From: an uncultured bacterium
GTDB lineage: Bacteria > Bacillota > Clostridia > Christensenellales > UBA1242
DNA length: 60,679 nt
Assembly: GCA_949398915.1 (NCBI GenBank)
Contig: CASLXJ010000002.1
Location: 1-60,679, forward strand
Reading direction: 5' to 3'
Positions 1-10,439 of this stretch are shown here, in pieces (position 1 is the first letter of the stretch; every line of letters begins with the position of its first letter). The position numbers and the translations under genes are program-made. The notes below the pieces were generated by a model, which was not told the DNA's origin, searched no databases, and saw only the letters and a program-made list of their open reading frames with translations.

Positions 1-34
1 ATACTTTAATTTAATTAAATTTATCTTTTTTATC

Positions 35-66
35 AAAAAAAAGCTCTGTTTTTAGAGCATTTTTTA
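35..66 (-). terminator. Rho-independent terminator downstream of the small peptide gene
   Basis: GCTCT/AGAGC stem (43-47/54-58) between an A-run and a T-run. On the minus strand it reads as a hairpin followed by a U-tract. Confidence 0.45.
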
Positions 67-84
67 TTTTATTTTTATTTTTAA

Positions 85-276
85 TTAAAAAAACAAATTG
101 TTTTGTCCAGGGCAAGTATTTTGGTGGCAGCAACCTATGCCATTATTCCAATTGTTTCCATTACCCAGTGCAAGCAAAAGAAGAAGCAAAAAATTTGTGT
201 TTGTGTTCAAATTCGTGTCTGTTGCATTGGTAATTGTTGAAAGTAAAATTGCAAATAAAATAGCTTGTGTGTTCAT
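85..276 (-). CDS. 63-aa hydrophobic, Asn-rich peptide with a C-terminal CCH..C motif (hypothetical)
   Basis: Internal ATG at 276 of the 85..360 ORF, preceded by AGGAGG (complement of 281-286). Product is MNTQAILFAILLSTITNATDTNLNTNTNFLLLLLLALGNGNNWNNGIGCCHQNTCPGQNNLFF. A terminator follows. Confidence 0.5.
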   Translation of the reverse strand: MNTQAILFAILLSTITNATDTNLNTNTNFLLLLLLALGNGNNWNNGIGCCHQNTCPGQNNLFF

Positions 277-502
277 ATATCCTCCTATTATACAAAAATT
301 GACAGCATTCGACAAAATATGATAAAAAATTATTTTGTTTCTTCTCTTGTAATTTGTCACAATATATTAAGTAATATTTTATATCAAAAACATTAAAATG
401 TTGAAAAATTTTGTTTTATTTTTAATTTTGATGTTTATAACGCAATTTTCATCGATGTTTTTGATAACTAGTGTTATTTATGTAATAAAAGGAGAATATG
501 TG

Positions 503-859
503 ATGGAAAATGAGGAGAGAATTGAAAAATTTTTGTTGTTGAGTGAGAGAAATAGAAGGGAAATTTTATCAGCATTGCCTCAAGAAAGACAAATTTCAAA
601 GCTTGCTGACTATTTTCAAAACTTTTCAGATTCAACTAGAATTAAAATCTTGACATGTTTATCAATGATGAACATGTGCGTGAATGATCTTTCGACAATA
701 CTTGGAATAAATCAGACCACAATTTCTCACCAATTAAAACAACTTAAAGACCAAAATCTTGTTGCTTATAGAAGGGAGGGCAAGATTCTTGTATATTATC
801 TTACAAACGAAAGTGTAAATGATATGATGATGTATGCCCTTGATAGTCATGTAATTTAA
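503..859 (+). CDS. ArsR/SmtB-family transcriptional regulator
   Basis: Winged-HTH signature FSDSTRIKILTCLSMMNMCVNDLSTILGINQTTISHQLKQLKDQNLV. GGAG at 491-494 is 8 nt before the ATG at 503. The upstream part of the 398..859 ORF is hydrophobic read-through of the promoter region. Confidence 0.8.
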   Translation: MENEERIEKFLLLSERNRREILSALPQERQISKLADYFQNFSDSTRIKILTCLSMMNMCVNDLSTILGINQTTISHQLKQLKDQNLVAYRREGKILVYYLTNESVNDMMMYALDSHVI

Positions 860-1029
860 TGCTGTTTATTGTGTTTTAATTTTTATTTAAGCAGCGCAAA
901 AATTTTCTTTATTTTTTACAATTGCAATTTTTTATAATTTGCAGATAATCCGCTTAAATTTTCAAAGTAAGCTCTTTCTTGCTTGACTTTTTTTATTTGA
1001 GTGTGGCATACTTAAACCATGGAGAAATT

Positions 1030-1494
1030 ATGAGAAGAATTATTTTATCACTTAATGAAATGTCTTTTGAATTGCCAAAGGGCTGGCATGTGACTAAAGA
1101 CAGATATAAATTGTCAAATGGGCAGGGGTTTATCAATAAAGAAAACTATCTTTCAGAAAGCGGAAGGGTGATTTCTTTGTTTGAAATACACAGAGACCCA
1201 GATGAATTTTTTGAAAGCTATCAAAAACTCTTGGATGATTATGCTCATGTGACTGACTCGTTTACACTTGAAAAACAATTCACTTTGAGATTTAACGATT
1301 TTGAATTTCCAGCTTATATTATAAAGGGAGTGAATGACCAAATTATACGCAATTTGCAAGTGTTTGTTAATTGTGGCGATTGTTTAGGTTGTTTTATGGT
1401 GATGATTGAATCTTACTCAAATGAGCTTCGTCAAATGATTCAACAGGATGAAGGTGTAGCCGCTGTTGCTAAAATTTTGAGGTCTGTAGAATAA
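1030..1494 (+). CDS. hypothetical protein (154 aa)
   Basis: ORF with GGAGA 4 nt upstream of the ATG at 1030. TAATG stop/start overlap with queH. No family recognised. Confidence 0.55.
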   Translation: MRRIILSLNEMSFELPKGWHVTKDRYKLSNGQGFINKENYLSESGRVISLFEIHRDPDEFFESYQKLLDDYAHVTDSFTLEKQFTLRFNDFEFPAYIIKGVNDQIIRNLQVFVNCGDCLGCFMVMIESYSNELRQMIQQDEGVAAVAKILRSVE

Positions 1495-2030
1495 TGAAAA
1501 AAATGCTTTTACATAGTTGTTGCGGGCCATGCAGCACTCAAGTAATAGAGGTGCTTAAAAATGACTATCAACTTACTATTTATTATTATAACCCAAATAT
1601 TGACACTGAAGAGGAATATCTTCATAGGCTTTCAGAAGAGAAAAGATATTGCAAAGAGGTGGGGATTGAAGTCGTTGAAGACGGCTATGATGCAAACGAA
1701 TTTTTAGTCGCTGTAAAAGGGCTTGAAAAGGAAAGAGAAGGTGGGGCAAGATGCCCAGTTTGTTTCAAATTGCGCCTTAAAAAGACGGCTGAAAAAGCGA
1801 AAAAAGATGGATTTGATTGTTTTGGAACAACTCTTACAGTCAGTCCGCATAAAAATGCAGAGATTATCAATGCCATTGGCCTTGAAGTTGGCAAAGAAAA
1901 AGGCATTGAGTTTATTGAAGGAAATTACAAAAAGCAAGATGGCTATAAAAAGAGCATAGAGTTATCAAAAAAATATAACCTTTACAGGCAAAATTATTGC
2001 GGATGTAGTTTTTCAAAGAATGTGGAGTAA
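1494..2030 (+). CDS. queH: epoxyqueuosine reductase QueH (DUF208)
   Basis: N-terminal LLHSCCGPCS, internal ARCPVCF and C-terminal YCGC Cys clusters, and a length of 178 aa, all typical of QueH. Confidence 0.8.
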   Translation: MKKMLLHSCCGPCSTQVIEVLKNDYQLTIYYYNPNIDTEEEYLHRLSEEKRYCKEVGIEVVEDGYDANEFLVAVKGLEKEREGGARCPVCFKLRLKKTAEKAKKDGFDCFGTTLTVSPHKNAEIINAIGLEVGKEKGIEFIEGNYKKQDGYKKSIELSKKYNLYRQNYCGCSFSKNVE

Positions 2031-2032
2031 AA

Positions 2033-2896
2033 ATGTTTGAAGATAAATTGGTGTTTAAAAATTTTAAAGATGAATATGAAGAGAGGATATCGAGAAGGCT
2101 GTTTTATAAATTTATAACCATTCTTTTTGTATTTTACATCTTCCTTCTTGTTTGCAGTCAAAGTTTTTATGCCAATTATGCTTATGTAGGAATTTCAGGC
2201 TTATCAATGCAATCGACTTTAAACCCAAATCCAAGATTGATTAAAACCGAAAAAGGCTATGAAGAAATGCAAGATGGTGTTTATTTAAAATATACCAAAG
2301 ATATTGATTATGGAGATATAATCATATTAAATTCAGATTTGTCAAAGCATGAGTCAATTATAAAAAGAACAATTGGTCTTGGTGGTGACTACATTACAAT
2401 TGCACTTATTGAGACTGAAGAGGGCACTCAAGAATTTCGCACAATGCGAGTTAAAAACAACTCATCAAATGTTGAGGTCATGCAAGAAAACTACATAAAA
2501 AGCTATGAAGAGTGGTCATATTCAAGTCATCATGCAAACTTTTTAACGATTGATGGTGTAACCTATCAAAAAACCTTTTTTGAAGAGTTTTCAAATAAAA
2601 ACAAACATGATTATAAGCAAAAAACTTTTAAAGTAGACAAACTTGGCGGAAAAAATGTAACATTCTTTCAAGTGCCTGAAAATGAGATTTTCTTTATGGG
2701 TGATAATCGTGCAAATTCAACTGACGCACGCTCAACAGGCTGTTATTCAATAGACAAACTTGTTGGCAAAGTGGTTGAAATTGTCAAAGATGGCACTTAC
2801 TATCAAGGCAATCAAGTATGGTGGTGGAGACGACTTGAAGGTTTTGTGCGAATAAGCTATAACGAAGTTTTAAGGTTTTTTGGAGCAGATGTTTAA
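2033..2896 (+). CDS. lepB: signal peptidase I (S26 family)
   Basis: N-terminal TM segment. Box B is GLSMQSTLNP, box D is IIKRTIGLGGDYI (Ser/Lys dyad) and box E is GDNRANSTDARS. About 100 aa are inserted between boxes D and E. Confidence 0.8.
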   Translation: MFEDKLVFKNFKDEYEERISRRLFYKFITILFVFYIFLLVCSQSFYANYAYVGISGLSMQSTLNPNPRLIKTEKGYEEMQDGVYLKYTKDIDYGDIIILNSDLSKHESIIKRTIGLGGDYITIALIETEEGTQEFRTMRVKNNSSNVEVMQENYIKSYEEWSYSSHHANFLTIDGVTYQKTFFEEFSNKNKHDYKQKTFKVDKLGGKNVTFFQVPENEIFFMGDNRANSTDARSTGCYSIDKLVGKVVEIVKDGTYYQGNQVWWWRRLEGFVRISYNEVLRFFGADV

Positions 2897-2973
2897 ATTT
2901 ACTTTGCTTTTTAATAAAAGTGTGTTATAATAAAGTAGATAGGTATTTGCCAATCTAAAAAGGAGAATAATAG

Positions 2974-3252
2974 ATGAATAAACAACAATTTATCAAAGCT
3001 TTTGCAGAGAAAGCTCAATTTACACAAAAAGATGCAGGAATCGCATTTGAAGCAATGGCTGAAACAATTGCTGAGACTCTCAAAAGTGGAGAAACAATTC
3101 AAATTGCTGGCTTTGGGACTTTTTCAGTGAAAACTAAAGCAGCTAAAGAAGGAATCAATCCACTCACAAAAGAGAAAGTTTCTGTGCCTGAAAAAGAGGT
3201 GCCTGTGTTCAAATTTGGTGACAGTTTCAGAAAAACTATTGCTAAAAATTGA
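2974..3252 (+). CDS. hup: HU-family DNA-binding protein
   Basis: 92 aa. Motif IQIAGFGTFSVKTKAAKEGINPLTKEKVSVPEKEVPVFKFG is typical of HU/IHF. AGGAG SD and an extended -10 TGTTATAAT lie upstream. Confidence 0.9.
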   Translation: MNKQQFIKAFAEKAQFTQKDAGIAFEAMAETIAETLKSGETIQIAGFGTFSVKTKAAKEGINPLTKEKVSVPEKEVPVFKFGDSFRKTIAKN

Positions 3253-3295
3253 TTGTTTGTTGAATTATATTGACGACTTTTTGATGTATGTCAAA

Positions 3296-3331
3296 TAAAA
3301 AACTATGACAAAACTGGTCATAGTTTTTTTG
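3296..3331 (+). terminator. Rho-independent terminator after hup
   Basis: AACTATGAC (3301-3309) pairs with GTCATAGTT (3317-3325), followed by T7. Confidence 0.85.
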
Positions 3332-3469
3332 TTTTATAGTTATTTTTCTGAATTACATTGTAATTTGCATGACATATTTTTATGTTTGTTATAGAAGATT
3401 TGTAGGACATTTTTTTTGATGGGATAAGTTTTTTATATTTTTAAATGATAAAAATCAAAATGCTTATTA

Positions 3470-4057
3470 TTAAGCCTCATCTAAGGGAATGATAACATAG
3501 CCTTGTGGATAAGAGCAAAGAGGGCAGGTTTTCCAAGGCTCTTTTTTCTCTTCGCTGTGCCCACAATTTGAGCATATCCATTTGCAAGGTGAAGAAGCGG
3601 AATAAATTTTTTCGTTGTCAAACTTTTCAGCAAGTAGTTTAAGTTTGCTTGCATTTTGAAGATTTACCTCACTTATAAGAAGCAAAATTTTTTCTATCTT
3701 TTCAAAACCTTCATCATGTGCAATTTTAGCAAAATGAGGAAAGATATTTTTGCCTTCATTTTCTTCTATTTCACTAGAGTCAGCAAGACTGGTTTGAAGA
3801 AGTTGCTTTTCAAAAGGATAGCCTGCTTCAAAAGATACATTATCCTTATCACCAGAAATATTTTCAAGCATTATTTGATAAAGTACTGACGCATGAGCCA
3901 TTTTGTTTTTTGCAATGCATTTCAAGCTGTCAGAAATATAAGAAAAACCTTCAGTGACTGCTTGTTTTGCAATAAACTGATATCTTGCACCATCTTGACA
4001 AACGCCTGCAAAAGCTCTTGCAAGGTTTTCTTTTGTTACGCTTTCATTAAATTCCAT
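3470..4057 (-). CDS. rbr: rubrerythrin-family protein with a C-terminal rubredoxin-like CxxC...CxxC domain
   Basis: Four-helix ferritin-like region (NLARAFAG..., ...FPHFAKIAHDEGF...) plus C-terminal CSNCGH...CPLCSYP. Strong AAGGAG SD. Several di-iron ligands appear substituted (see findings). Confidence 0.8.
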   Translation of the reverse strand: MEFNESVTKENLARAFAGVCQDGARYQFIAKQAVTEGFSYISDSLKCIAKNKMAHASVLYQIMLENISGDKDNVSFEAGYPFEKQLLQTSLADSSEIEENEGKNIFPHFAKIAHDEGFEKIEKILLLISEVNLQNASKLKLLAEKFDNEKIYSASSPCKWICSNCGHSEEKKEPWKTCPLCSYPQGYVIIPLDEA

Positions 4058-4313
4058 AATTTTCTCCTTAACCTTATTTTTAATAATAATTAAAGTATTT
4101 GCTTATTTTGATTGCAAAATACATGTTTTTTCAATTAAATCATATTAAATGAGAAATTTGTTGAGATATTGTCTTTTTAAGAATTTAAAATAAAAATAAA
4201 ATTATATAATATGGAATGTACGCAAAAGTGATAAATAATGGATAAAATCGTTTGCTTTTTGGCATAAAACATAGTAAAATTGTTATGAAAAACAAAAAAA
4301 GAGAGGTGTTTTA

Positions 4314-5045
4314 ATGGCACAAGGACTTTCACAACACAATAGCGAAAGCTATCACTACGAGTTTGTTGGGTTTTCGAATTTTAAAAAGGTATATCAAGCA
4401 CTTGCAAAGGGTTTGCCTTATTATCGTTTTGAAAAAGAGACTAAAAGACACTCGAAGGAAATCTTTTATGATATTCAGTCTCATCTTCTTGCTGATGCAG
4501 GCATTGCAATTTCAAAATGGATGGAAGATGGCGAGTCTTCATTGAATATAAGAAAGATGTTCAACGAGCTTAAAAAGCCAAGTCAAAAATATCTTTTTGG
4601 CTATTGCAAAAATGATGAACAGCCAAAAGATTATTCATACCAGATGGCAGGCATAATTGAAGGCACCTTCCGCACACCTTTTTCTGCAGACCTTGAGTCA
4701 ATAATAAAACAGACAAGTCCGATTATTGAAGTTGACATAACTTCTGATAAATACAGGATAATTTGCGGAACGGGCTATCGCGCAATCATGCAATATGAAA
4801 ACACTGTCTATAAAGATTTGAAAACTGGCAAAAAAGTGGAACGCGTGGGCATGACTTTCAAGTTTCCAATTGGAGAATGCGAAGAAAAACAAGAAATTTT
4901 GAATGCAATAGATCGTCATGTAAAGGGGCTTGCAATCAATAATATTTCTCGTTTTGAAATTGCATGCAAACTTTTATTTGCAAAACCGCAACAAATAGTT
5001 GAAGAGCCAGCGCAAGAAGAAGGCAGTGAAGAAGAAGATAAATAG
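4314..5045 (+). CDS. hypothetical protein with an acidic C-terminal tail (243 aa)
   Basis: ORF with GAGAGG SD and a terminator downstream. No family recognised with confidence. Confidence 0.55.
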   Translation: MAQGLSQHNSESYHYEFVGFSNFKKVYQALAKGLPYYRFEKETKRHSKEIFYDIQSHLLADAGIAISKWMEDGESSLNIRKMFNELKKPSQKYLFGYCKNDEQPKDYSYQMAGIIEGTFRTPFSADLESIIKQTSPIIEVDITSDKYRIICGTGYRAIMQYENTVYKDLKTGKKVERVGMTFKFPIGECEEKQEILNAIDRHVKGLAINNISRFEIACKLLFAKPQQIVEEPAQEEGSEEEDK

Positions 5046-5051
5046 ACTAAA

Positions 5052-5083
5052 AAAAAGAGATGATTACTTTCATCTTTTTTTTG
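5052..5083 (+). terminator. Rho-independent terminator
   Basis: AGATG (5058-5062) pairs with CATCT (5071-5075), with A/T extensions, followed by a T-run. Confidence 0.6.
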
Positions 5084-5191
5084 TTTCAATTTTTAAATAG
5101 TTTTGCTAAATTTTTAAATTAAACAAAGAGAAAGGGTGGAAACTTTAAACGATTGGACAAGTTTAATTCTAAATTTAATTATTGTTACATA

Positions 5192-6619
5192 ATGTACATT
5201 GTGAAAAAAAACCTTAAGTTTTCAACTAAATTTTGCTATGGAATAGGTGGGCTTGGATATAGTTCTATGTCGCAGACATTAAACAACTTTATCATGTTTT
5301 TTGCAACTGCGGTTATGGGAATTTCAGGCTCTCTTGTAGGCATAGCAATTGCCATTTCATCTCTTTGGGATGGGGTGAGTGATCCACTTATAGGCCATCT
5401 TTCAGACAACACCAAAAATAAATTTTTTGGCAAGCGTTTGGGATTTATGCTTTTTGGAATATTTGTGATTGCTCTTCTTAATATCTGTATATGGTCGATG
5501 CCAGCCTCCCTTTCTCAGCTTGGCAAATTTTTCTATCTGCTTATTGGTATGCTGGCAATAGAAAGCGCCAATACCTGCTTTGGCACACCTTATGCAGCTC
5601 TTGCAATTGACATTGCACCTGATTATAACGAACAGGCAAAAGTGCAAGGTTTTAAGACGGTTTTTAATATAATTGGAATGATTTTGCCAAATATTTTAAT
5701 GTATTTTTTCATGTCTTCAATTTCTATCAGCATTCAAACGGGATATACTCAGGCAGGATATGTAAAAATTGCATATATAAACTCTTCATTGCTTATAGGT
5801 CTTGGACTTATTACAATATTATCAACTCTTCGTCATGTGCGAAAGCATAAAATTTACAGCGGTTTTGAAAAGAAAGAAAAATTCAATTTTACCAAACTCA
5901 TGACAGGATATTTCAGCGTGCTTAAAAATAAAGATTTCAGGTCTGTCATTCTTGGATACTCCTTTGCAACCATTGCCTCCGCTTTTTTGACCTCTGTCGG
6001 AATGCACCTTTTCACATATTGTTATCATTTTTCAAGTGCTCAAATATCCTGCGTGCTTATCTCATTGTTTGGCGGCGCAATTGCATCTCAGCCTCTGTGG
6101 GTCTATCTTTCAAAAAGAATGGAAAAAAAGAGGGCACTAATTATATCTCTGTCAGTCATTGTGCTTGGAATTTTTATGACAGTCACAACATTCTTGTTTA
6201 GGGAATATGTGCCAAATAATATCATGTTTTATATTGCTATTCCTTGCCTTGTATTTTGTGGTATAGGCGCTGGCGCCATGTATTCAATTCCATTTTCAAT
6301 GTACGCTGATGTTGTCACACTTGAACAGGTGAGGACGGGGCAAAATAACGCTGGAGCATATACGGGATATTTTACTTTTACCTACAATCTTGCAAACTCG
6401 CTGGCCTTGCTTATCATTGGTTTCTTGCTTGACATAATAAAGTTTGACTCCACACATCCAATTCAAGCCATGTCTGTACAAAATGGACTGGGAATGATTG
6501 TATTTTTTGGCTGCACAATTTTCTTCTCGCTTGCAATCGTGTTTTTCTCAAAATTTTCTGTCAGAAGGGCAGAGGTTTTAAAAACACAGATGAAAGAATT
6601 GAAAAAAGGCGAAAAATAA
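5192..6619 (+). CDS. MFS transporter, glycoside-pentoside-hexuronide (GPH):cation symporter family
   Basis: About 12 hydrophobic segments. Signature WDGVSDPLIGHLSDNTKNKFFGKR is typical of MelB/YicJ-type GPH carriers. Start is uncertain (TTG 5153, ATG 5192 or GTG 5201) and no clear SD is present. Confidence 0.7.
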   Translation: MYIVKKNLKFSTKFCYGIGGLGYSSMSQTLNNFIMFFATAVMGISGSLVGIAIAISSLWDGVSDPLIGHLSDNTKNKFFGKRLGFMLFGIFVIALLNICIWSMPASLSQLGKFFYLLIGMLAIESANTCFGTPYAALAIDIAPDYNEQAKVQGFKTVFNIIGMILPNILMYFFMSSISISIQTGYTQAGYVKIAYINSSLLIGLGLITILSTLRHVRKHKIYSGFEKKEKFNFTKLMTGYFSVLKNKDFRSVILGYSFATIASAFLTSVGMHLFTYCYHFSSAQISCVLISLFGGAIASQPLWVYLSKRMEKKRALIISLSVIVLGIFMTVTTFLFREYVPNNIMFYIAIPCLVFCGIGAGAMYSIPFSMYADVVTLEQVRTGQNNAGAYTGYFTFTYNLANSLALLIIGFLLDIIKFDSTHPIQAMSVQNGLGMIVFFGCTIFFSLAIVFFSKFSVRRAEVLKTQMKELKKGEK

Positions 6620-6667
6620 TGTTTATTTTCCTCTTTTTATTGCAAAATAATTAAATAAGAGGGAAAT

Positions 6668-7168
6668 ATGAAGTTTTTGAAAATGTCTGCGGTGGTTTTA
6701 ATATTGCTTGCCTCGCTTATGCTTAGCGGTTGCAATAATAAAAGCATTGCACAACCAATCTTGGAACGAGATAACTACAACACAGGTGGAAATATTACCT
6801 TTGTTTATGATGAAATTGCTCATGTTGCAACTTTTGGCGGTAAAGATGAAGTGCTTCAATATTATGAAGAAGATATTGCAAAAGGCTGGACTGAAAGCGG
6901 AAATCGAATAGGTATTAAACTTTCGCTGCCTCAAAATCTTAAAGACTATAAGTCGGGGAAGGCAACTTTTGATGGTCAAAAACTTATGCCAGATGATTAT
7001 ATTTCATTGCAAGAAGGACAAAATTTGGTGGCGGTTTTTCAACCAATAATTAAAAATGAAAAAGAAAATTATACTCTTAAAATTACTTGGCAAGATGGAT
7101 TTGAAGAACAAATTTATCACATAATTATCGCTAAAGGAACAATATTTATGCAGCCCCAAAATGTATAA
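6668..7168 (+). CDS. lipoprotein, function unknown
   Basis: Signal peptide with lipobox LMLSGC. GAGGG SD. Confidence 0.65.
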   Translation: MKFLKMSAVVLILLASLMLSGCNNKSIAQPILERDNYNTGGNITFVYDEIAHVATFGGKDEVLQYYEEDIAKGWTESGNRIGIKLSLPQNLKDYKSGKATFDGQKLMPDDYISLQEGQNLVAVFQPIIKNEKENYTLKITWQDGFEEQIYHIIIAKGTIFMQPQNV

Positions 7169-7200
7169 AAAATCTACAGAATATTCTGTAGATTTCTTTT
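7167..7200. terminator. bidirectional terminator between convergent genes
   Basis: Perfect palindrome AATCTACAGAAT/ATTCTGTAGATT (7171-7194) flanked by an A-run and a T-run. Confidence 0.85.
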
Positions 7201-7211
7201 TAATAATTAGT

Positions 7212-8888
<1,677 letters not shown>

Positions 8889-9210
8889 TTAGTTTATTTT
8901 GCTTAGGCAATATAAAAATCTGCCCATAGCATAATATTCAAATTGAAAGCAAAATGTTTTAAATTGGCGCTATTTTATCAAAAAATAAATTTGAATAAAG
9001 AAAATAAATTAAGCTTTTAAAGATGTAATGATTTATATAACAATTACTATGAAAAATTATTATTTTAGTTGGCTTGAGCACTGCTTGAAAAAGTCTTTTT
9101 TGCTATAAAAAACTCTGCTTTAATAAGCAAAGTTTACTTAAAATACAGTTATTTAAGCAGCTATGAATAGTAAAAGTTTATATGTTAAGCCCACTTTTTT
9201 GTACAAAGAA

Positions 9211-9244
9211 AAACAATGTCAGCTCTCCTATTACCAACATTGTT
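9211..9244 (-). terminator. hairpin with U-tract (second terminator downstream of tRNA-Glu, upstream of the collagen-like gene)
   Basis: AAACAATGT (9211-9219) pairs with ACATTGTTT (9236-9244). On the minus strand it is followed by TTTTTCTTT. Confidence 0.5.
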
Positions 9245-9380
9245 TTATTAAACGCCATTTAAAGCATTCTTGATTATTATAACATGATTATCGAAATTGT
9301 CAAATGTAAAAATGTTTTAGGAATATTTAAAAATAGTAAAATATTTTACTTATAATATCAAAAAAAGACTTCTAAAATAA

Positions 9381-9410
9381 AAAAAAGACAACTTAAGTGT
9401 TGTCTTTTTT
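9381..9410. terminator. Rho-independent terminator of tRNA-Glu (bidirectional shape)
   Basis: AAGACAAC (9385-9392) pairs with GTTGTCTT (9398-9405), flanked by an A-run and a T-run. Confidence 0.8.
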
Positions 9411-9459
9411 AAAAATTGTAATTAAACCAAATAATTTCTATTTGTTTCAATTGATTTTT

Positions 9460-9534
9460 TGGTAGCCTCAAGGGGAATCGAACCCCTGATTCCGCCGTGA
9501 AAGGGCGATGTCTTAACCGCTTGACCATGAGGCC
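9460..9534 (-). tRNA. tRNA-Glu (anticodon UUC), CCA encoded
   Basis: Minus-strand read: GGCCTCATGGTCAAGCGGTTAAGACATCGCCCTTTCACGGCGGAATCAGGGGTTCGATTCCCCTTGAGGCTACCA. It forms a cloverleaf with a 7-bp acceptor stem, anticodon loop CUUUCAC and T-loop GGTTCGATTCC. It closely resembles Bacillus tRNA-Glu. Confidence 0.93.
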
Positions 9535-9568
9535 ATATATCAAAATAGGGAGTTTTTGATACTTTCTT

Positions 9569-9597
9569 ATTATACTTATGGCAAAATGCAAAGTCAA
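9569..9597 (-). promoter_or_regulatory. sigma-A-type promoter for tRNA-Glu
   Basis: Minus strand TTGACT-17 nt-TATAAT (complement of 9592-9597 and 9569-9574), about 35 nt upstream of the tRNA 5' end. Confidence 0.7.
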
Positions 9598-9639
9598 GAG
9601 TTTTTTTATATATTTTTTAAAAATTTTTGATTTGTTTCT

Positions 9640-10368
9640 TTATTTTTGTTTCCATTCAGCTCGTCTGGCAACTGCTGCAGCATATATGCTTTCTGATTTG
9701 TGGAGAAGTTTGGCGCATGCTTCAATTGTTGCACCAGTTGTTATGATATCGTCAACTATAAGCACCTTTTTATTTTTTATGACTGAGTTGTCGAGAAGCA
9801 ATATTGTATTTTCAAGATTTGTTTGTCTTTCTTCATAATTTAGATATTTTTGATTGGCAGTTTTTGTCGCTTTATAAAAGACATCTGCAACAGGTTTATT
9901 TGATAGAATAGAAAGCTCATCAGCAAGCACTTTTGCAGGGTTGTAGCCTCTTTTTCTTAAACTGCTTTTATGTGAAGGAACAGGCACTATGATATCAAAT
10001 TCAATTTCATCCAGTTTAAGTCTTTCAAAAATAAAGTTTGCAAATGGTTTTGCCAGATATTTTGCGCCATCACTCTTAAACTTTAAAATTGCCTGTCTGA
10101 CTTTACCTTCATATATGAACGGACAGCAACATTTTTCAAAATGGCGTTTAAGTTTTTTGCAGTGGTCGCACACAATGTTGTCATCTTTTATTGGAGTATC
10201 ACATTTTTGACAACGATTTCCATCATTAAAGATATTTTCATCAAGACATTGTTGGCAGATATATGGTTTTGGAATATCACGACCGCAAAAAATGCACTTT
10301 AAATCATTTGGATAAAGTGCATTCAAAAGAATGTCTTTTATTTTCTTCAGTATTTCTTTAAAACTCAT
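9640..10368 (-). CDS. comFC: ComF-family protein (ComFC-like phosphoribosyltransferase domain)
   Basis: N-terminal CxxC zinc-finger pairs (CIFCGR, CQQC, CQKC, CDHC). C-terminal PRTase motif VLIVDDIITTGATI. Confidence 0.8.
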   Translation of the reverse strand: MSFKEILKKIKDILLNALYPNDLKCIFCGRDIPKPYICQQCLDENIFNDGNRCQKCDTPIKDDNIVCDHCKKLKRHFEKCCCPFIYEGKVRQAILKFKSDGAKYLAKPFANFIFERLKLDEIEFDIIVPVPSHKSSLRKRGYNPAKVLADELSILSNKPVADVFYKATKTANQKYLNYEERQTNLENTILLLDNSVIKNKKVLIVDDIITTGATIEACAKLLHKSESIYAAAVARRAEWKQK

Positions 10369-10439
10369 TTTTCCCTTTAATTTGTGTGTTTTGACACGAT
10401 TTTTAATAAAAAACAGTCAAAAAACGCAATATTTTAAGT

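Noticed and set aside
398-502. N-terminal 35-codon extension of the ArsR ORF, and the 85..360 long form of the small peptide ORF.
   Set aside because: The extensions lack an SD and read through the AT-rich divergent promoter region. Internal ATGs at 503 and 276 have well-spaced GGAG and AGGAGG.
4078-4095. AT-rich near-palindrome TTAATAATAATTAA upstream of rubrerythrin, considered as a possible PerR/Fur box.
   Set aside because: It is not a true inverted repeat and matches TTATAATnATTATAA poorly. In a genome this AT-rich, such strings are expected by chance.
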